64,000 nucleotides of DNA from Bdellovibrionales bacterium (lineage in GTDB: Bacteria > Pseudomonadota > Alphaproteobacteria > UBA9219). The notes below the pieces were generated by a model, which had not been told where the DNA came from, made no database searches, and worked only from the letters and a program-made list of their open reading frames with translations. How positions within the stretch are numbered: the stretch's first letter is position 1; the number at the start of each line of letters is the position of its first letter. This document shows, in pieces, positions 29,511 to 39,682 of this stretch. The stretch spans positions 261,256-325,255 of the forward strand of contig JBAZRW010000001.1 of assembly GCA_041662785.1 (NCBI GenBank), given 5' to 3'. Position numbers and translations under genes: made by a program.

Positions 29511-30815
29511 TCAGGGGAGCGTTCCCTTTTCGCCAACAACTTCCCATTGTTCGCCCTTTTGGCGGATTTCCTTGATTTTTCCAAGGCCCTGAAGGCTTTC
29601 ACCCACGGCCACGCGGCGCAATTCCTGACTTTCCTTGCCCAAGGAAACCCAAGCCGCATCCGGCGTCGCCGCCCGCAAAACCCAAGAAGGGGCAGAGGCA
29701 GAGGGTAGTGCCGGCTTTGTCTTGGCCGCTTTTTTCTTCGCGGTCTTCTTGGCGTGAGATTTAGAGGTGGCGGCTTTTTCTTTTTTCTTTACCTCCTCTA
29801 CCGAAGCCATGGGCTCACGGCTTGAAAGTCCCTCTTCCACAAGGGACACAGAGTTGGCCTGAACCAACGCGGTTTCACCTTTTTCTTCCGAAACAGGCTG
29901 TCCTTTTTTCTGCTTTTTATCTTTCAAGGCCAGTTTTTGCTCAAGCTGAGAAACCTGCTCACGCAACGTTGCTTCCTGCGACGATCCCGCGCCTTTCTTT
30001 AAAGTCTCCATTTGCGAAACAAGTTGCGCGTTTTGCTGCAAAGAACGATCTAAATCCCCCTTTAGCGCTTCCATCTTGGCAGTCATATCGTTTAAGCGAG
30101 CTTCCCAAGCAACTTGGGGCAAGGTCTCGCTTTTCTGCTCTAAGGCCTTAATCTCTTCTTTTTTGACAGGAAGGGTTTCAGCCTTAGCCTCTTGAACGTC
30201 CTTTGTCACAGAAGGAAGGGCCGGAGCGGGCGGTAGGGGGGGGGCGACACCATTGTCGCTCGATGATAGAATTTCGCTGTTCTTTTCGACAGATTCTGGC
30301 TTTTCCGTCGGGACTTTTTCTCCCTCCTTAACGGGTAGCGCCATCGTCCCGCCACTCTCCACCTTCTTCTGGGCTTGATGGAAAAGGGCCGTCATATCAA
30401 CCTTGCCTGTAGCCTCAAGGGGCTTTTCTTTCTGAGCCGCAAGATTCTCCTTAGGCGACGGGACATTACGAATTTCTTTTATATTCATGACATTTGAAAC
30501 GGGCAGAAGCTTTAGCCCCTCATCCTTGGACGAAGTCCCAAACTGAAAGTAAGCCATGCCCCCGATGATGAGCGCACCGACCCCTAAGACTCCCAAAAGA
30601 ACGCCTCGGCCACGCTTAGGGGCACCACCCGCCTCTTGTTGGGAGGATTCCTCTATCATTTCATCAAGGACTTCTTCTTGTCCATCATCCTGATCATGAA
30701 AATCGTCCTCAGGGGGAAGGGCATCCTGCCACGCCTCTGTGGTGGAATCCTCGGAAGAAAATGTGTCCTCTTGAGGGGACAAGTCTTCGCCTGTTTCTGT
30801 TGGTTTATCCGTCAT
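29511..30815 (-). CDS. DotF/IcmG-like bitopic membrane protein (acidic N-terminus, TM, coiled coil)
   Basis: 434 aa. Asp/Glu-rich N-terminus, one TM (GVLLGVLGVGALIIGGMAYF), long coiled coil, Lys-rich tract. It precedes the DotG-like gene as in icmE-icmG. No catalytic motif. Confidence 0.3.
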   Translation of the reverse strand: MTDKPTETGEDLSPQEDTFSSEDSTTEAWQDALPPEDDFHDQDDGQEEVLDEMIEESSQQEAGGAPKRGRGVLLGVLGVGALIIGGMAYFQFGTSSKDEGLKLLPVSNVMNIKEIRNVPSPKENLAAQKEKPLEATGKVDMTALFHQAQKKVESGGTMALPVKEGEKVPTEKPESVEKNSEILSSSDNGVAPPLPPAPALPSVTKDVQEAKAETLPVKKEEIKALEQKSETLPQVAWEARLNDMTAKMEALKGDLDRSLQQNAQLVSQMETLKKGAGSSQEATLREQVSQLEQKLALKDKKQKKGQPVSEEKGETALVQANSVSLVEEGLSSREPMASVEEVKKKEKAATSKSHAKKTAKKKAAKTKPALPSASAPSWVLRAATPDAAWVSLGKESQELRRVAVGESLQGLGKIKEIRQKGEQWEVVGEKGTLP

Positions 30816-31048
30816 AACAGATCCCTTTCATACGATAGTCACGCAAGCTGGCAGAGCCACCCAAAACCTTTAATCCCCAGTTTCGTCACCCGTCAGGTAA
30901 GAAAAGGAGCCCCTCTTAAAAACAGGAAAACAAGGTAGCCCATTCTATGGTTAGATTGAAGCTATTTTATGTTCCGCGCCCCAATAAGAGGCCAACAACA
31001 GGTCAACCCGTCAAGCCCCCCATCACAAAGAACAGGCGGCGCTACCCC

Positions 31049-32551
31049 TTAGTATCCCCGCGAAAACGAGTTGAGCAATTGGATTTGGGAGGGGGTAAGC
31101 TTCCCTCCTGAAGGCATGTTTTGCTGGGTTTGATTGTAAGATTGCCCGCCGCCGTAGGATTCGGAAGGTGGATAATAGGCCCCATTAGCCCCCGAAGGCG
31201 CGCTTCCCATAACGCCCTTTTGCTGATAGCCCCGCAAGAGCTGCTCCCCCGTAAGCTCGCCTGAGCCCCCATAACCAGTCCCCCGCCTTGGGTCGTTTTC
31301 CGAAACAGCTTTCAAGAAGAACAGGCCCATCGGTGTTCCCACAGCAACGCGGACAAGCGTTTTGGTGTTATTGGCTTCGTTCTTAAAGAATTCGGACACC
31401 GTAGTCCCAACCTCTCCAAGGCCAGCATACAAAGCCTCTTTTGACCCTTTTTGGGTTTGATTCGAAATAACGGTCCCATTGCTAACCGTTGTTTCAGTAG
31501 GCGTCTCGGCTAAAGCCTTGCCAAAAGCCGACGCAAAAGCACCCGCTGCAGGAAGAAGCACACGTATAAAGTAACGATGATCGACTTCAGTCGCCATGCC
31601 ACCCAGGGTTGTGTCAGGATCAAGAGCCAGCGCATCAATCGCATACTCTTTGCCCTTGTAGGTAACTAAATTAAAGGTCAGAACCAAGTAGTTATTCATA
31701 ACCTGAAATTTTCCAATCGCCCTTCCCCCAGAAAGAGGCCCAGACAATATCTGCGCCAGAATGGGCCCCGGAACATCTGAGTTTGCCTCAGTCAAAAGCT
31801 GGGCATAGTTGACCGTTCCTGCCGAAACGATAGCCTTTTTGACGTCAGCAGGATTGACCACGCCCGAAGAAGTCATGTTCTCCGATTTCATGGACTGCTC
31901 TTTTTGAAGGAGCGCCTCTGTGGCCGGAGGCACTGCCCCTGCAACAATCTTTGCATGGGAGGGTGTCCAACTCTCCATCAATTGCTGCATTTGTTTTTGC
32001 ATGGCCTTGGCCAAAGACTCATCGTCAGCGGCATTGCCACCGCGCTGGTTCATCTGCATTTGCTGCTGCATAAGCTGGAGTTGTTGATTGTTTTGTTTTT
32101 GTTGGGCGGCCATTTCTTGCTTAAGACGTTCGGTCTCGGCCTTAAACTCGACCAATGGGTCTTTTCTCTTGTCCGTTAGATCGGAAACATCATGCCCCGT
32201 GGGCGTTGGCATCGCGCTTCCGCCTTCCGTCAGTGCCCTGCCAACACGCTGCGCATTGGCCTTATCATTTTGCTCGATAAAGAACGGCGTGGCGGAGCCA
32301 CCCGGCGCTTCATTAAGAGAGGGCGGTTTCGCTAATTGGGATGGGGTCGCCTCTGGCTTACTGGAAAAAGAACCCAAAGCCCCCGCCAGAGCTACACCAA
32401 CAAAACCCATAATAACGAGCAATTTGACAATGGGCTTATTCTTGACTGTTTCGAAAAAGCCCTTTTTAGCCTCCGCAGAACCCCCAAAGGATTCGTGAGA
32501 ATCCATTGGGTCAAATTGATCCTGATCAAACTCATCCGTGTTATTTGTCAT
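31049..32551 (-). CDS. dotG: DotG/IcmE-like (TraO/VirB10-like) core-complex protein
   Basis: 500 aa. N-terminal TM, Gln-rich coiled coil, and a C-terminal domain (LDPDTTLGGMATEVDHRYFIRVLLPAAGAFASAFG...TLVRVAVGTPMGLFF) resembling the VirB10/TrbI barrel domain. Confidence 0.45.
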   Translation of the reverse strand: MTNNTDEFDQDQFDPMDSHESFGGSAEAKKGFFETVKNKPIVKLLVIMGFVGVALAGALGSFSSKPEATPSQLAKPPSLNEAPGGSATPFFIEQNDKANAQRVGRALTEGGSAMPTPTGHDVSDLTDKRKDPLVEFKAETERLKQEMAAQQKQNNQQLQLMQQQMQMNQRGGNAADDESLAKAMQKQMQQLMESWTPSHAKIVAGAVPPATEALLQKEQSMKSENMTSSGVVNPADVKKAIVSAGTVNYAQLLTEANSDVPGPILAQILSGPLSGGRAIGKFQVMNNYLVLTFNLVTYKGKEYAIDALALDPDTTLGGMATEVDHRYFIRVLLPAAGAFASAFGKALAETPTETTVSNGTVISNQTQKGSKEALYAGLGEVGTTVSEFFKNEANNTKTLVRVAVGTPMGLFFLKAVSENDPRRGTGYGGSGELTGEQLLRGYQQKGVMGSAPSGANGAYYPPSESYGGGQSYNQTQQNMPSGGKLTPSQIQLLNSFSRGY

Positions 32552-33638
32552 GGCCGTCTTCCCGCATGAGGCGCGCTCTTATCATGGCACCATTATCCGA
32601 CATTAAGAGAACAGGGGCGTTCCCAATTTCATAAACCGTCATTCCATCCGACGATGCGGCACTGGCATTCCACGCCGGAGACAAGAGAGCCAGCGGCGTC
32701 CGAACATAAACGCGCTCGCCGACCTGCCACGCCATGGTTCTTGCATCCACGCCGCCAACTTTAAGCCTTTGGGCATTGGCAGGAGGCGCGTTTTCAAGAA
32801 TCATAGAAAGCATTTCGTCGCCTGCAACGGGGCCTTTGTGACGATGTTCTATCAAAGGAGACTTGGCATTCGGCCCAAGGCTTGGAACCCGCGCATCAAA
32901 ACGCATATGGAAAGTTGGCCCACCAGACGATAGGCGGAAAATAATCGGCGTCGACAGCCCTTTGAGTAAAATGGACAGATTACCCGTTCCAAAACGCGTC
33001 AAAGGCACAACACGGACAACGTGTGATCCTGCCTGTGTTGGCGTTACCTCGAAATTCCCACCGACACCAACATCAAGGATGGGCCATGGCTCGCCGGTCA
33101 TGTCAATAATATCAATCGTCGTCACATAACCCGCTGCCAAATTGATTTGCGGCGGTTCGCCACTGGGATCCAATGAAATGCCGACGACCTTAACCTCACC
33201 CTTGGGCGTGCCTGTGTGAGGCGGAAGGGCTGCCTCTTGTGTCGATTCCAGCTTTTGCATGAAATCACGAACCTGATCGGGCGATAAAGGCAAAAGTCCT
33301 TGCGTCGCACGGCCATAGGACTTGCGATTATGTTCTTCTTCTCTTTTTGTCTGTTCTTCTGCGGCGCGCGCTGCCGCCTCTTCGGCCTGCTGCTCAAGAT
33401 TCAACTGATCGGTTACCCCCTCGCTTAGGGGAGGCATTCCGGGCAAATCAATGCCATCTGTTGTCAAAGAAGACTTTTCTGCGCTCTTCTCTTCTTTATT
33501 CGTGCCTTTGGCGGCCCCTTCTGCCGAAGCCAGCGCGGCGCGAACCGATGCCGACAAAGAGGGTGGAACCTTGTCTTGCGCCCAAGAGGAGGCGCTTAAG
33601 ACAACGAGAAGAACAAGCCCCCCAGCCACACTTTGCAT
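32541..33638 (-). CDS. DotH/IcmK-like (TraN-like) periplasmic/outer-membrane protein
   Basis: Signal peptide MQSVAGGLVLLVVLSASSWAQ, about 365 aa, translationally coupled to the dotG-like gene, in the Legionella icmK-icmE order. Confidence 0.35.
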   Translation of the reverse strand: MQSVAGGLVLLVVLSASSWAQDKVPPSLSASVRAALASAEGAAKGTNKEEKSAEKSSLTTDGIDLPGMPPLSEGVTDQLNLEQQAEEAAARAAEEQTKREEEHNRKSYGRATQGLLPLSPDQVRDFMQKLESTQEAALPPHTGTPKGEVKVVGISLDPSGEPPQINLAAGYVTTIDIIDMTGEPWPILDVGVGGNFEVTPTQAGSHVVRVVPLTRFGTGNLSILLKGLSTPIIFRLSSGGPTFHMRFDARVPSLGPNAKSPLIEHRHKGPVAGDEMLSMILENAPPANAQRLKVGGVDARTMAWQVGERVYVRTPLALLSPAWNASAASSDGMTVYEIGNAPVLLMSDNGAMIRARLMREDGHDK

Positions 33639-33854
33639 GGTTGACGCCTGTGAAATACGTCCGGTTTTACAAAACAAAGGACATCCCCGAATCAGTGTAA
33701 ATCATTCAAACTCTCCTTAGCGCATTCTCACCAAATCAGTGTTAATATAAAGTTTATGAATTTTATTTGTTGGCCCACATACTGTGGCTCTTTTGTCTCG
33801 GTAAAAACCAACGCTCGTCCCCTTTTCGCACCGCCCCATCCTATTGGGGCGTTT

Positions 33855-34652
33855 CTACATGAACTTCCAAGCTTTAATACCAATCCCTGTAGGATTTTGT
33901 TTTCCAGACACCCTGACGATCGTCAACCGAACAATACCCTTATTAGCCGATGAAACATTATTATTCGTCGTGTAAGTCATGATGACGGGCATTTCGACAA
34001 CCCATTTGTAGGTCTTTTCCTCTCCGTTATACTCATCATCCTCTTCCATGCCTTTAGAGACAATGACGGGCGCGTCCGTGGGAACGGTTGTGAGAACCAG
34101 TTGGCGCATTTTGAAGCCCTCGCGCATTTTCTGCTCTATCAGGGCATCAAGAAAGCTTTGCCAGCCCTGATCCGTAAACCGTTTGCGTTGGGCCAGAATA
34201 CGTTGATCGAAGTCGCCGAACCCAAACGTCATGATTTCTGTGATGCCCGTCGCGGCCCACGATAGAACCGCTTGGTCTGTCTGATTGGGCTCCAACAAAG
34301 AAAACATAGGTGTCTCTTTTTTATCGTCAGCAAGACGAATATATTGGTAGGTCGGGCGCAAAAGAGGCGCCAAAAGAACATTAAGAAAAACGAGGCCCAA
34401 GACAATATACATGTGCCTTTGCACGCGTGATATTATCTTTTTGAACCGGATGCGTTCGGCTTTTGGCTCAACGGGGTCTTTTTCTGTAAGCGGGTCATCC
34501 CGAAGAAACCCCGTTATCCTTGTAAGCCAAGGCGCGTGCTTTAACCCAAGACCAACAGACACCTTTGAGGAAGCGTCCTTCGCAGGCGGCTCTTCTGGCA
34601 AAGGAGGAAGGGAAGATTCAGCCACGATTAGCTCCTTGGAACGGCGATCCAC
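33855..34652 (-). CDS. DotI/IcmL-like (TraM-like) inner-membrane protein
   Basis: 265 aa. N-terminal TM (YIVLGLVFLNVLLAPLL). The C-domain ...VVEMPVIMTYTTNNN...GIVRLTIVRVSGKQNPTGIGIKAWKF is paralogous to the upstream gene. Confidence 0.4.
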   Translation of the reverse strand: MDRRSKELIVAESSLPPLPEEPPAKDASSKVSVGLGLKHAPWLTRITGFLRDDPLTEKDPVEPKAERIRFKKIISRVQRHMYIVLGLVFLNVLLAPLLRPTYQYIRLADDKKETPMFSLLEPNQTDQAVLSWAATGITEIMTFGFGDFDQRILAQRKRFTDQGWQSFLDALIEQKMREGFKMRQLVLTTVPTDAPVIVSKGMEEDDEYNGEEKTYKWVVEMPVIMTYTTNNNVSSANKGIVRLTIVRVSGKQNPTGIGIKAWKFM

Positions 34653-35260
34653 TGCTCAATGCTGATGCCCTCCGGGCTTTGCAGCGTCGAAACACGCACA
34701 ATCTGAAGGACAAGCGTGGCCTGTATGGGGGCGGGCGTTTCTTGACCATCGAATTTGATGGAAACAGGAAACTGGAGATACCACGTATAAACGCCTTGGT
34801 TGTCCAACGCCTTTTTAACTTCAGGTGCGGCTTCGATCTGCATCGAAACCGTCAGCTTCCGCGCCTCAATAGCCTCAAGGATACGCGCCTCACGCATCGC
34901 CTTTGTGAAGCTTTCCCACCCAGTCGCCGTAAAATTCGTAGAAGAAGCCTGAAGCCTTTGGCGGAAATCGTTGTACCCAAAACGCATGACCTCTTGCGCA
35001 CGACCCGCCGCCCACGCCACAACATCGCCACGCGAGCGATAAGGCTCGTTAAGCGGCACAATGTTGATGATGCGGCCATCAGAGGTCGTGGCAAAATAAA
35101 TGCGGCGCGTTTCCATCGAGAGAAGCATCGCAATAATGGCGGCAATCAGCAGCACGATAGACAGGCTTTGAACAAGGCTGATGCGGACAAGCAGCCTGTA
35201 GCCATCACGATAAAACACATTGCGCGATAGAACCGTCGAAACAGCATCCGATAACGACAT
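34628..35260 (-). CDS. Second DotI-family protein (DotJ/IcmM position, but full length)
   Basis: 210 aa. TM (SLSIVLLIAAIIAMLLS). The C-domain ...TWYLQFPVSIKFDGQETPAPIQATLVLQIVRVSTLQSPEGISIEQWIAV is paralogous to the previous gene. It overlaps that gene by 25 nt. Confidence 0.4.
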   Translation of the reverse strand: MSLSDAVSTVLSRNVFYRDGYRLLVRISLVQSLSIVLLIAAIIAMLLSMETRRIYFATTSDGRIINIVPLNEPYRSRGDVVAWAAGRAQEVMRFGYNDFRQRLQASSTNFTATGWESFTKAMREARILEAIEARKLTVSMQIEAAPEVKKALDNQGVYTWYLQFPVSIKFDGQETPAPIQATLVLQIVRVSTLQSPEGISIEQWIAVPRS

Positions 35261-35327
35261 TGAACCCCCTTACAACCCTTCTTGCCCGAAAGACAACGAC
35301 ATGCGCGTCCTTTACCAAAGGCGTTCT

Positions 35328-35831
35328 TTAACTGGTCACACGAAACGTAAAGTCTGGCGTGCTACTTCCCGTTGCATATTCCGCCGAGCCCTTACAGCTT
35401 TGACAGATGCGATTAAACCGCCCCAATGATTGAAACTTGTTTAAACACATCAAACAAACACGCATCGAAATTTGCGGTGGTGCATAAGTATCACCGCCGC
35501 CCAAATCCGTGGGGACAACAACTTTAACCCGTGGGGCTTTCGTCACAATCCGCCGTGGGGCATCCGTTCTTTTATAACCCCGCTTACGTCCCGGAGCCGA
35601 GCGCCGTGGAAGACCCAAACGCGCCGCCCGCGTCATAATCGCGGCGACCGAACGGCCAAGCTCATCCGCGATAGCCTCAGGCGTTTTGTTGTCATTCCAC
35701 AAAAGACGAAGCGTTTCGTCTTGATCAAGCCATGAGGGGCCAGAAGGCAAGGGCGTTTCCGCAGAACCCTGCGCCTCGGCTCCTTGAGCCGCTGTTTCAA
35801 CAAAGGGTGGTGACGACGAATCAGTAGTCAT
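35328..35831 (-). CDS. GcrA-like cell-cycle regulator family protein with a C-terminal Cys cluster
   Basis: 167 aa. WLDQDETLRLLWNDNKTPEAIADELGRSVAAIMTRAARLGL resembles the GcrA N-terminal DNA-binding domain (W.DERVE.LK.LW..G.SASQIA..LG.VTRNAVIGK.HRLGL). C-terminal CLMCLN...CQSCK. Confidence 0.35.
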   Translation of the reverse strand: MTTDSSSPPFVETAAQGAEAQGSAETPLPSGPSWLDQDETLRLLWNDNKTPEAIADELGRSVAAIMTRAARLGLPRRSAPGRKRGYKRTDAPRRIVTKAPRVKVVVPTDLGGGDTYAPPQISMRVCLMCLNKFQSLGRFNRICQSCKGSAEYATGSSTPDFTFRVTS

Positions 35832-35937
35832 TTCAGCTTTCCTGCTAACCTGTTTTCAAATAAGGGAAAAAACCTGAGGAAACCAATAGCACGTTTTGTG
35901 AAAGTATTTCACGAAATAACGCCAAAAGTATCAAATT

Positions 35938-37362
35938 TTAATTAACGAGCCCTATGCGCCTTAGGACCTCGCTCTTCCCTAAGAGGGCTGCTGCCGTAAA
36001 GATGGGGGGCGACACCCCCCGTCCCGTCAGGGCCGCCCGCAAGGGCTGGGCCACAGCGCCCAGTTTCAGGCCATTTTCTTCAGCATAAGCGCGGAACGCC
36101 CCCTCAAGAGCATCATGCGTAAATGGCTCCAACGCCTCGATCCGCTCAGCCAGTGCGACCAAAAGGGCCTTGGCTTCCGGCGTCAGGATTTTCAAAGCTT
36201 TTTCGTCAGGCTCTAAAACGTCAAAATAAAACTGCGCGGCCTCGGCAATCTCGGTCAAAAGCTGAACGCGCGGCTTGATGTCGGGCAAGGCTTTTTCTAA
36301 CAAGGCTTGCTCGCTCTCGCCCACCGCTCGACCTAATTTCATTTCCAAGAAAGGCAGCGTTAAGGCCGCGAGCCTTGCGTCCTCCATCTGGCCGATATAG
36401 TGCGCGTTCAAATGATTAAGCTTGGCGAAGTCAAACCGCGCAGGCGAGCGCCCGACACCATCGAAATCAAACCATTCAATCGCCTGCTTGGTCGAGATGA
36501 TCTCGTCATCACCATGCCCCCAGCAAAGGCGAAGCAGGTAATTACGGATCGCTTCGGGCAAATAGCCACGATCACGATAGTCCGACACGGCAGGCGCGCC
36601 GTGCCGCTTGGAAAGCTTGGCCCCATCCGGCCCCAAAATCATCGGCAAATGCGCGAAGGTCGGGACATCCCACCCCATCGCCTTATAAATCTGAACCTGC
36701 CGGAACGTGTTGGTAAAATGGTCATCGCCGCGGATAACGTGCGTGATGCCCATATCGTGATCATCCACGACAACGGCCAACATATAAGTCGGCGAGCCAT
36801 CAGCGCGGAGCAAAATCATATCGTCAAGCTGCGCGTTTTGAACGGTGACATGCCCCAGCACTTTGTCGTCAACGACCGTCTCGCCCGTTTGCGGCGCTTT
36901 CAAGCGGATCACGGGCTTCACGCCTTCGGGCGCATCGCTGGCAGGGCGGTCACGCCAACGGCCATCATATTTTTGCGGCAGACCCTTTTCCTTTTGCTCG
37001 GTACGCATCGCATCAAGCTCTTGCGGCGAGGCATAACAGTAATAAGCCGTTCCGTTCGCCAGCATTTGCTGCGCAACCTCCCTATGGCGGGAGGCCATAT
37101 CAAACTGGGAATAATAATGCTTTCCATGGTTCAACGAAGGATCGTTGTTGTCCCAATCCATGCCCAGCCACGTCATGCCATCCAGAATGGTTTGAACGGA
37201 TTCAGGCGTTGAGCGTTGGCGGTCGGTGTCTTCCACCCGCATCAGGAACTTGCCTCCCGTGTGACGCGCGTAAAGCCAATTGAAAAGCGCGGTGCGAGCC
37301 CCCCCGATATGAAGGAATCCGGTGGGCGAAGGGGCAAAGCGAACAACAACAGACATGGGCAA
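35938..37362 (-). CDS. gltX: Glutamyl-tRNA synthetase
   Basis: 474 aa. VVVRFAPSPTGFLHIGGARTALFNWLYA (HIGH region), KLSKR (KMSKS-type motif). Confidence 0.9.
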   Translation of the reverse strand: MPMSVVVRFAPSPTGFLHIGGARTALFNWLYARHTGGKFLMRVEDTDRQRSTPESVQTILDGMTWLGMDWDNNDPSLNHGKHYYSQFDMASRHREVAQQMLANGTAYYCYASPQELDAMRTEQKEKGLPQKYDGRWRDRPASDAPEGVKPVIRLKAPQTGETVVDDKVLGHVTVQNAQLDDMILLRADGSPTYMLAVVVDDHDMGITHVIRGDDHFTNTFRQVQIYKAMGWDVPTFAHLPMILGPDGAKLSKRHGAPAVSDYRDRGYLPEAIRNYLLRLCWGHGDDEIISTKQAIEWFDFDGVGRSPARFDFAKLNHLNAHYIGQMEDARLAALTLPFLEMKLGRAVGESEQALLEKALPDIKPRVQLLTEIAEAAQFYFDVLEPDEKALKILTPEAKALLVALAERIEALEPFTHDALEGAFRAYAEENGLKLGAVAQPLRAALTGRGVSPPIFTAAALLGKSEVLRRIGLVN

Positions 37363-37422
37363 GACAACCGTACAAAAATTGTTTATATTTCCAGCAATCT
37401 AATACCTTATCTGAGTCTCCTT

Positions 37423-39609
37423 GTGAACCCATTTCAATCCTTTTTAGACGACCGCGAACGCTGGTTTTTATGGATCCCCGTCTTTATGGCCAGCGGGATT
37501 GCCGTTTATTTCGCCCTGCCTTTTGAACCCGCTTTCTCCGCCTGCCTTGCCTCGCCGCTTTTTCTGCTGGGTTTTCTGTTCTTTCGGCGCTTCTTTTTCA
37601 CAACACCTGTTTTGGCCTGTTTGCTGGCCTTTTCCTTGGGCTTTAACGCCGCGCAGTTTGAAACCAGCCTGATCAAGAAGCCCCTTCTTGACGTGAAACT
37701 GGAGCCTACGTCAGTGACAGGAACCTTGATCCGCGCCGAGGCGCTGCCCGAAGGCTCTCGCCTAACGCTGCAATCCCCTTCCATCAAAGACCTGCCAAGG
37801 GAGGATCGTCCACGCCTTGTCCGCGTCAAGGTTCGAACACCTTTTGCCGATTTACCCGAAGCTGGAAGCCGCGTTAATCTGTGGGGGCCCCTTTGGCCGC
37901 CCGCCGATCCCGCGCTTCCGGATGGCTATGACTTCAGGCGGCAGGCCTTTTTCAAGCAGATCGGCGCAACGGGATTATCCTATGTCGAACTTCGCGAAAG
38001 GGACTCCCGTTACCCCATCCACTTTTTTTGGGATGGCTTTTATTTGATGTTTGAAAAGGCGCGACGCGCCTTGATCCTGATGACCTATGAGCGCCTGAAT
38101 GCACCGGAACAAGTCAAAGAAAAGGCCATGACGGCGGCCTTATTATCGGGCAGTCAAACCGCCATCGATCAAGACACCATGCAAGCGATGCGTGCGTCAG
38201 GCCTGTCCCATCTGCTTTCCATTTCCGGCGTACACGTTAGCATGATGGCGCTATTGGTCTATATTCCCTTGCGCTTTCTGTTGGCCTTATTCCCATGGGT
38301 CGCCCTGCGCTTTTCCATCAAAAAGTGGGCGGCAGGCGCAGCCATTATTGCGACAAGCCTCTATACCCTTTTGGTTGGTGCGGATGCGCCCACGGTTCGC
38401 TCAGCCCTTACAACCGCGCTGATTATGTTGGCCATCATTATGGACCGCAAGGCGCTCAGTCTACGCCTTGTTGCGCTGGCCGCCATCGCTATCATGCTGG
38501 TAACGCCCAGCGCCGCCATGGGCGCAAGCTTTCAGATGTCCTTTGCCGCCGTGCTGGCCATGGTTGCCGTTTATGAAAAACAATTGGATGTGCTTCTTAA
38601 AGATGGCTGGAGCCTTGCAGAAAGAAAAAGCGAGACCACGCCTTCCCCTCACCGTCTTTCTTTCTTGGGGCGGCATTTAAAGGATATCGTTTTCACCTCG
38701 CTAATCGCCACGGCGGCCACAACGCCCTTCACGATTTTTCATTTTCAGTCCTTTAATTTTTACGGCGTGATCGCCAACATTATCGCCATCCCGCTGACAA
38801 CGCTGTGGGTGATGCCTTTCTTGCTGCTCACCTATATCACCGCCCCCTTTGGCACGAGCGGCTGGTTTATCGATGCGGCAGGATGGGGCGTCAAAGGCAT
38901 TATCCTCCTTGCCGAAAAGGTAGCCTCATGGCCGCTGGCCCAGCTCTATTTGCCGCCTATGCCGGCTTGGGCTCTTTTAAGTTTTCTGGCAGGCGGTTTT
39001 TGGCTTTGCCTATGGCGAAAACGCTGGCGCTATGCGGGGCTACTGCCCATCGCCGCCGTTTTCTTCTACCCGCTCACGGTCTCGCAGCCCGATGCTTTTA
39101 TCGCCGCCGATGCCCCCGTTTGGGCCGTACGGCTTAGCGATGGATCGATGGCTATCTATGGCAAGCGTGAGGAAAACTTTACGACCGCACAATGGAGGCA
39201 ACATAGCGGCAATCCCGAGGCGCATTATTTCTCGGCCAGAAACCTGCCTGAATTTGATAAAGACCTTTTCTGCGACGAAACGCATTGCCTTTATGAGAGG
39301 GGTGCGTTTTCCGTCATGTTTCTAATGCCCCCGCCCAAGGGGCAAGAGGCGGCGCAGGCAGGGGCTTTGGCGGCAGCGCCGCCAGCCGCACCGCCCGCTT
39401 GCCCGACGACAACCGTGACGGTTGCCTTTGTGCCAATGCCGCCTTGCAAAGGGACAATCATGATCGATCAAGCCGCCCTAACAAAAGGCGGCGCTCAAAC
39501 CCTAACTTTTGAGAAAAAAGGCACGGTTCGCATCGATACCGTTCGCACAGAGGGCCGCCTGCGCCCTTGGTCAGTGGGGTGGCGTCATGAAAGTAAAAAA
39601 AGCTTATAA
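37423..39609 (+). CDS. comEC: DNA internalization competence protein ComEC/Rec2
   Basis: Polytopic membrane protein with a ComEC competence domain (...GLSHLLSISGVHVSMMALLV...). The start is tentatively the GTG at 37423 (VNPFQSFLDDRERWFLW) so that it does not overlap the divergent gltX. Confidence 0.75.
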   Translation: MNPFQSFLDDRERWFLWIPVFMASGIAVYFALPFEPAFSACLASPLFLLGFLFFRRFFFTTPVLACLLAFSLGFNAAQFETSLIKKPLLDVKLEPTSVTGTLIRAEALPEGSRLTLQSPSIKDLPREDRPRLVRVKVRTPFADLPEAGSRVNLWGPLWPPADPALPDGYDFRRQAFFKQIGATGLSYVELRERDSRYPIHFFWDGFYLMFEKARRALILMTYERLNAPEQVKEKAMTAALLSGSQTAIDQDTMQAMRASGLSHLLSISGVHVSMMALLVYIPLRFLLALFPWVALRFSIKKWAAGAAIIATSLYTLLVGADAPTVRSALTTALIMLAIIMDRKALSLRLVALAAIAIMLVTPSAAMGASFQMSFAAVLAMVAVYEKQLDVLLKDGWSLAERKSETTPSPHRLSFLGRHLKDIVFTSLIATAATTPFTIFHFQSFNFYGVIANIIAIPLTTLWVMPFLLLTYITAPFGTSGWFIDAAGWGVKGIILLAEKVASWPLAQLYLPPMPAWALLSFLAGGFWLCLWRKRWRYAGLLPIAAVFFYPLTVSQPDAFIAADAPVWAVRLSDGSMAIYGKREENFTTAQWRQHSGNPEAHYFSARNLPEFDKDLFCDETHCLYERGAFSVMFLMPPPKGQEAAQAGALAAAPPAAPPACPTTTVTVAFVPMPPCKGTIMIDQAALTKGGAQTLTFEKKGTVRIDTVRTEGRLRPWSVGWRHESKKSL

Positions 39610-39682
39610 AAAAGAGTCCTCCTTATGCTATGAAAGAGCCTGATTGGAGCCTTTCAACCCCATTTTAACAGGAGATTTTGAA

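Noticed and set aside
36400-37212. 270-aa ORF on the plus strand inside gltX
   Set aside because: It is antisense to a gene with unmistakable GluRS motifs. Its Arg/His-rich, low-complexity translation is typical of the GC-rich antisense frame.
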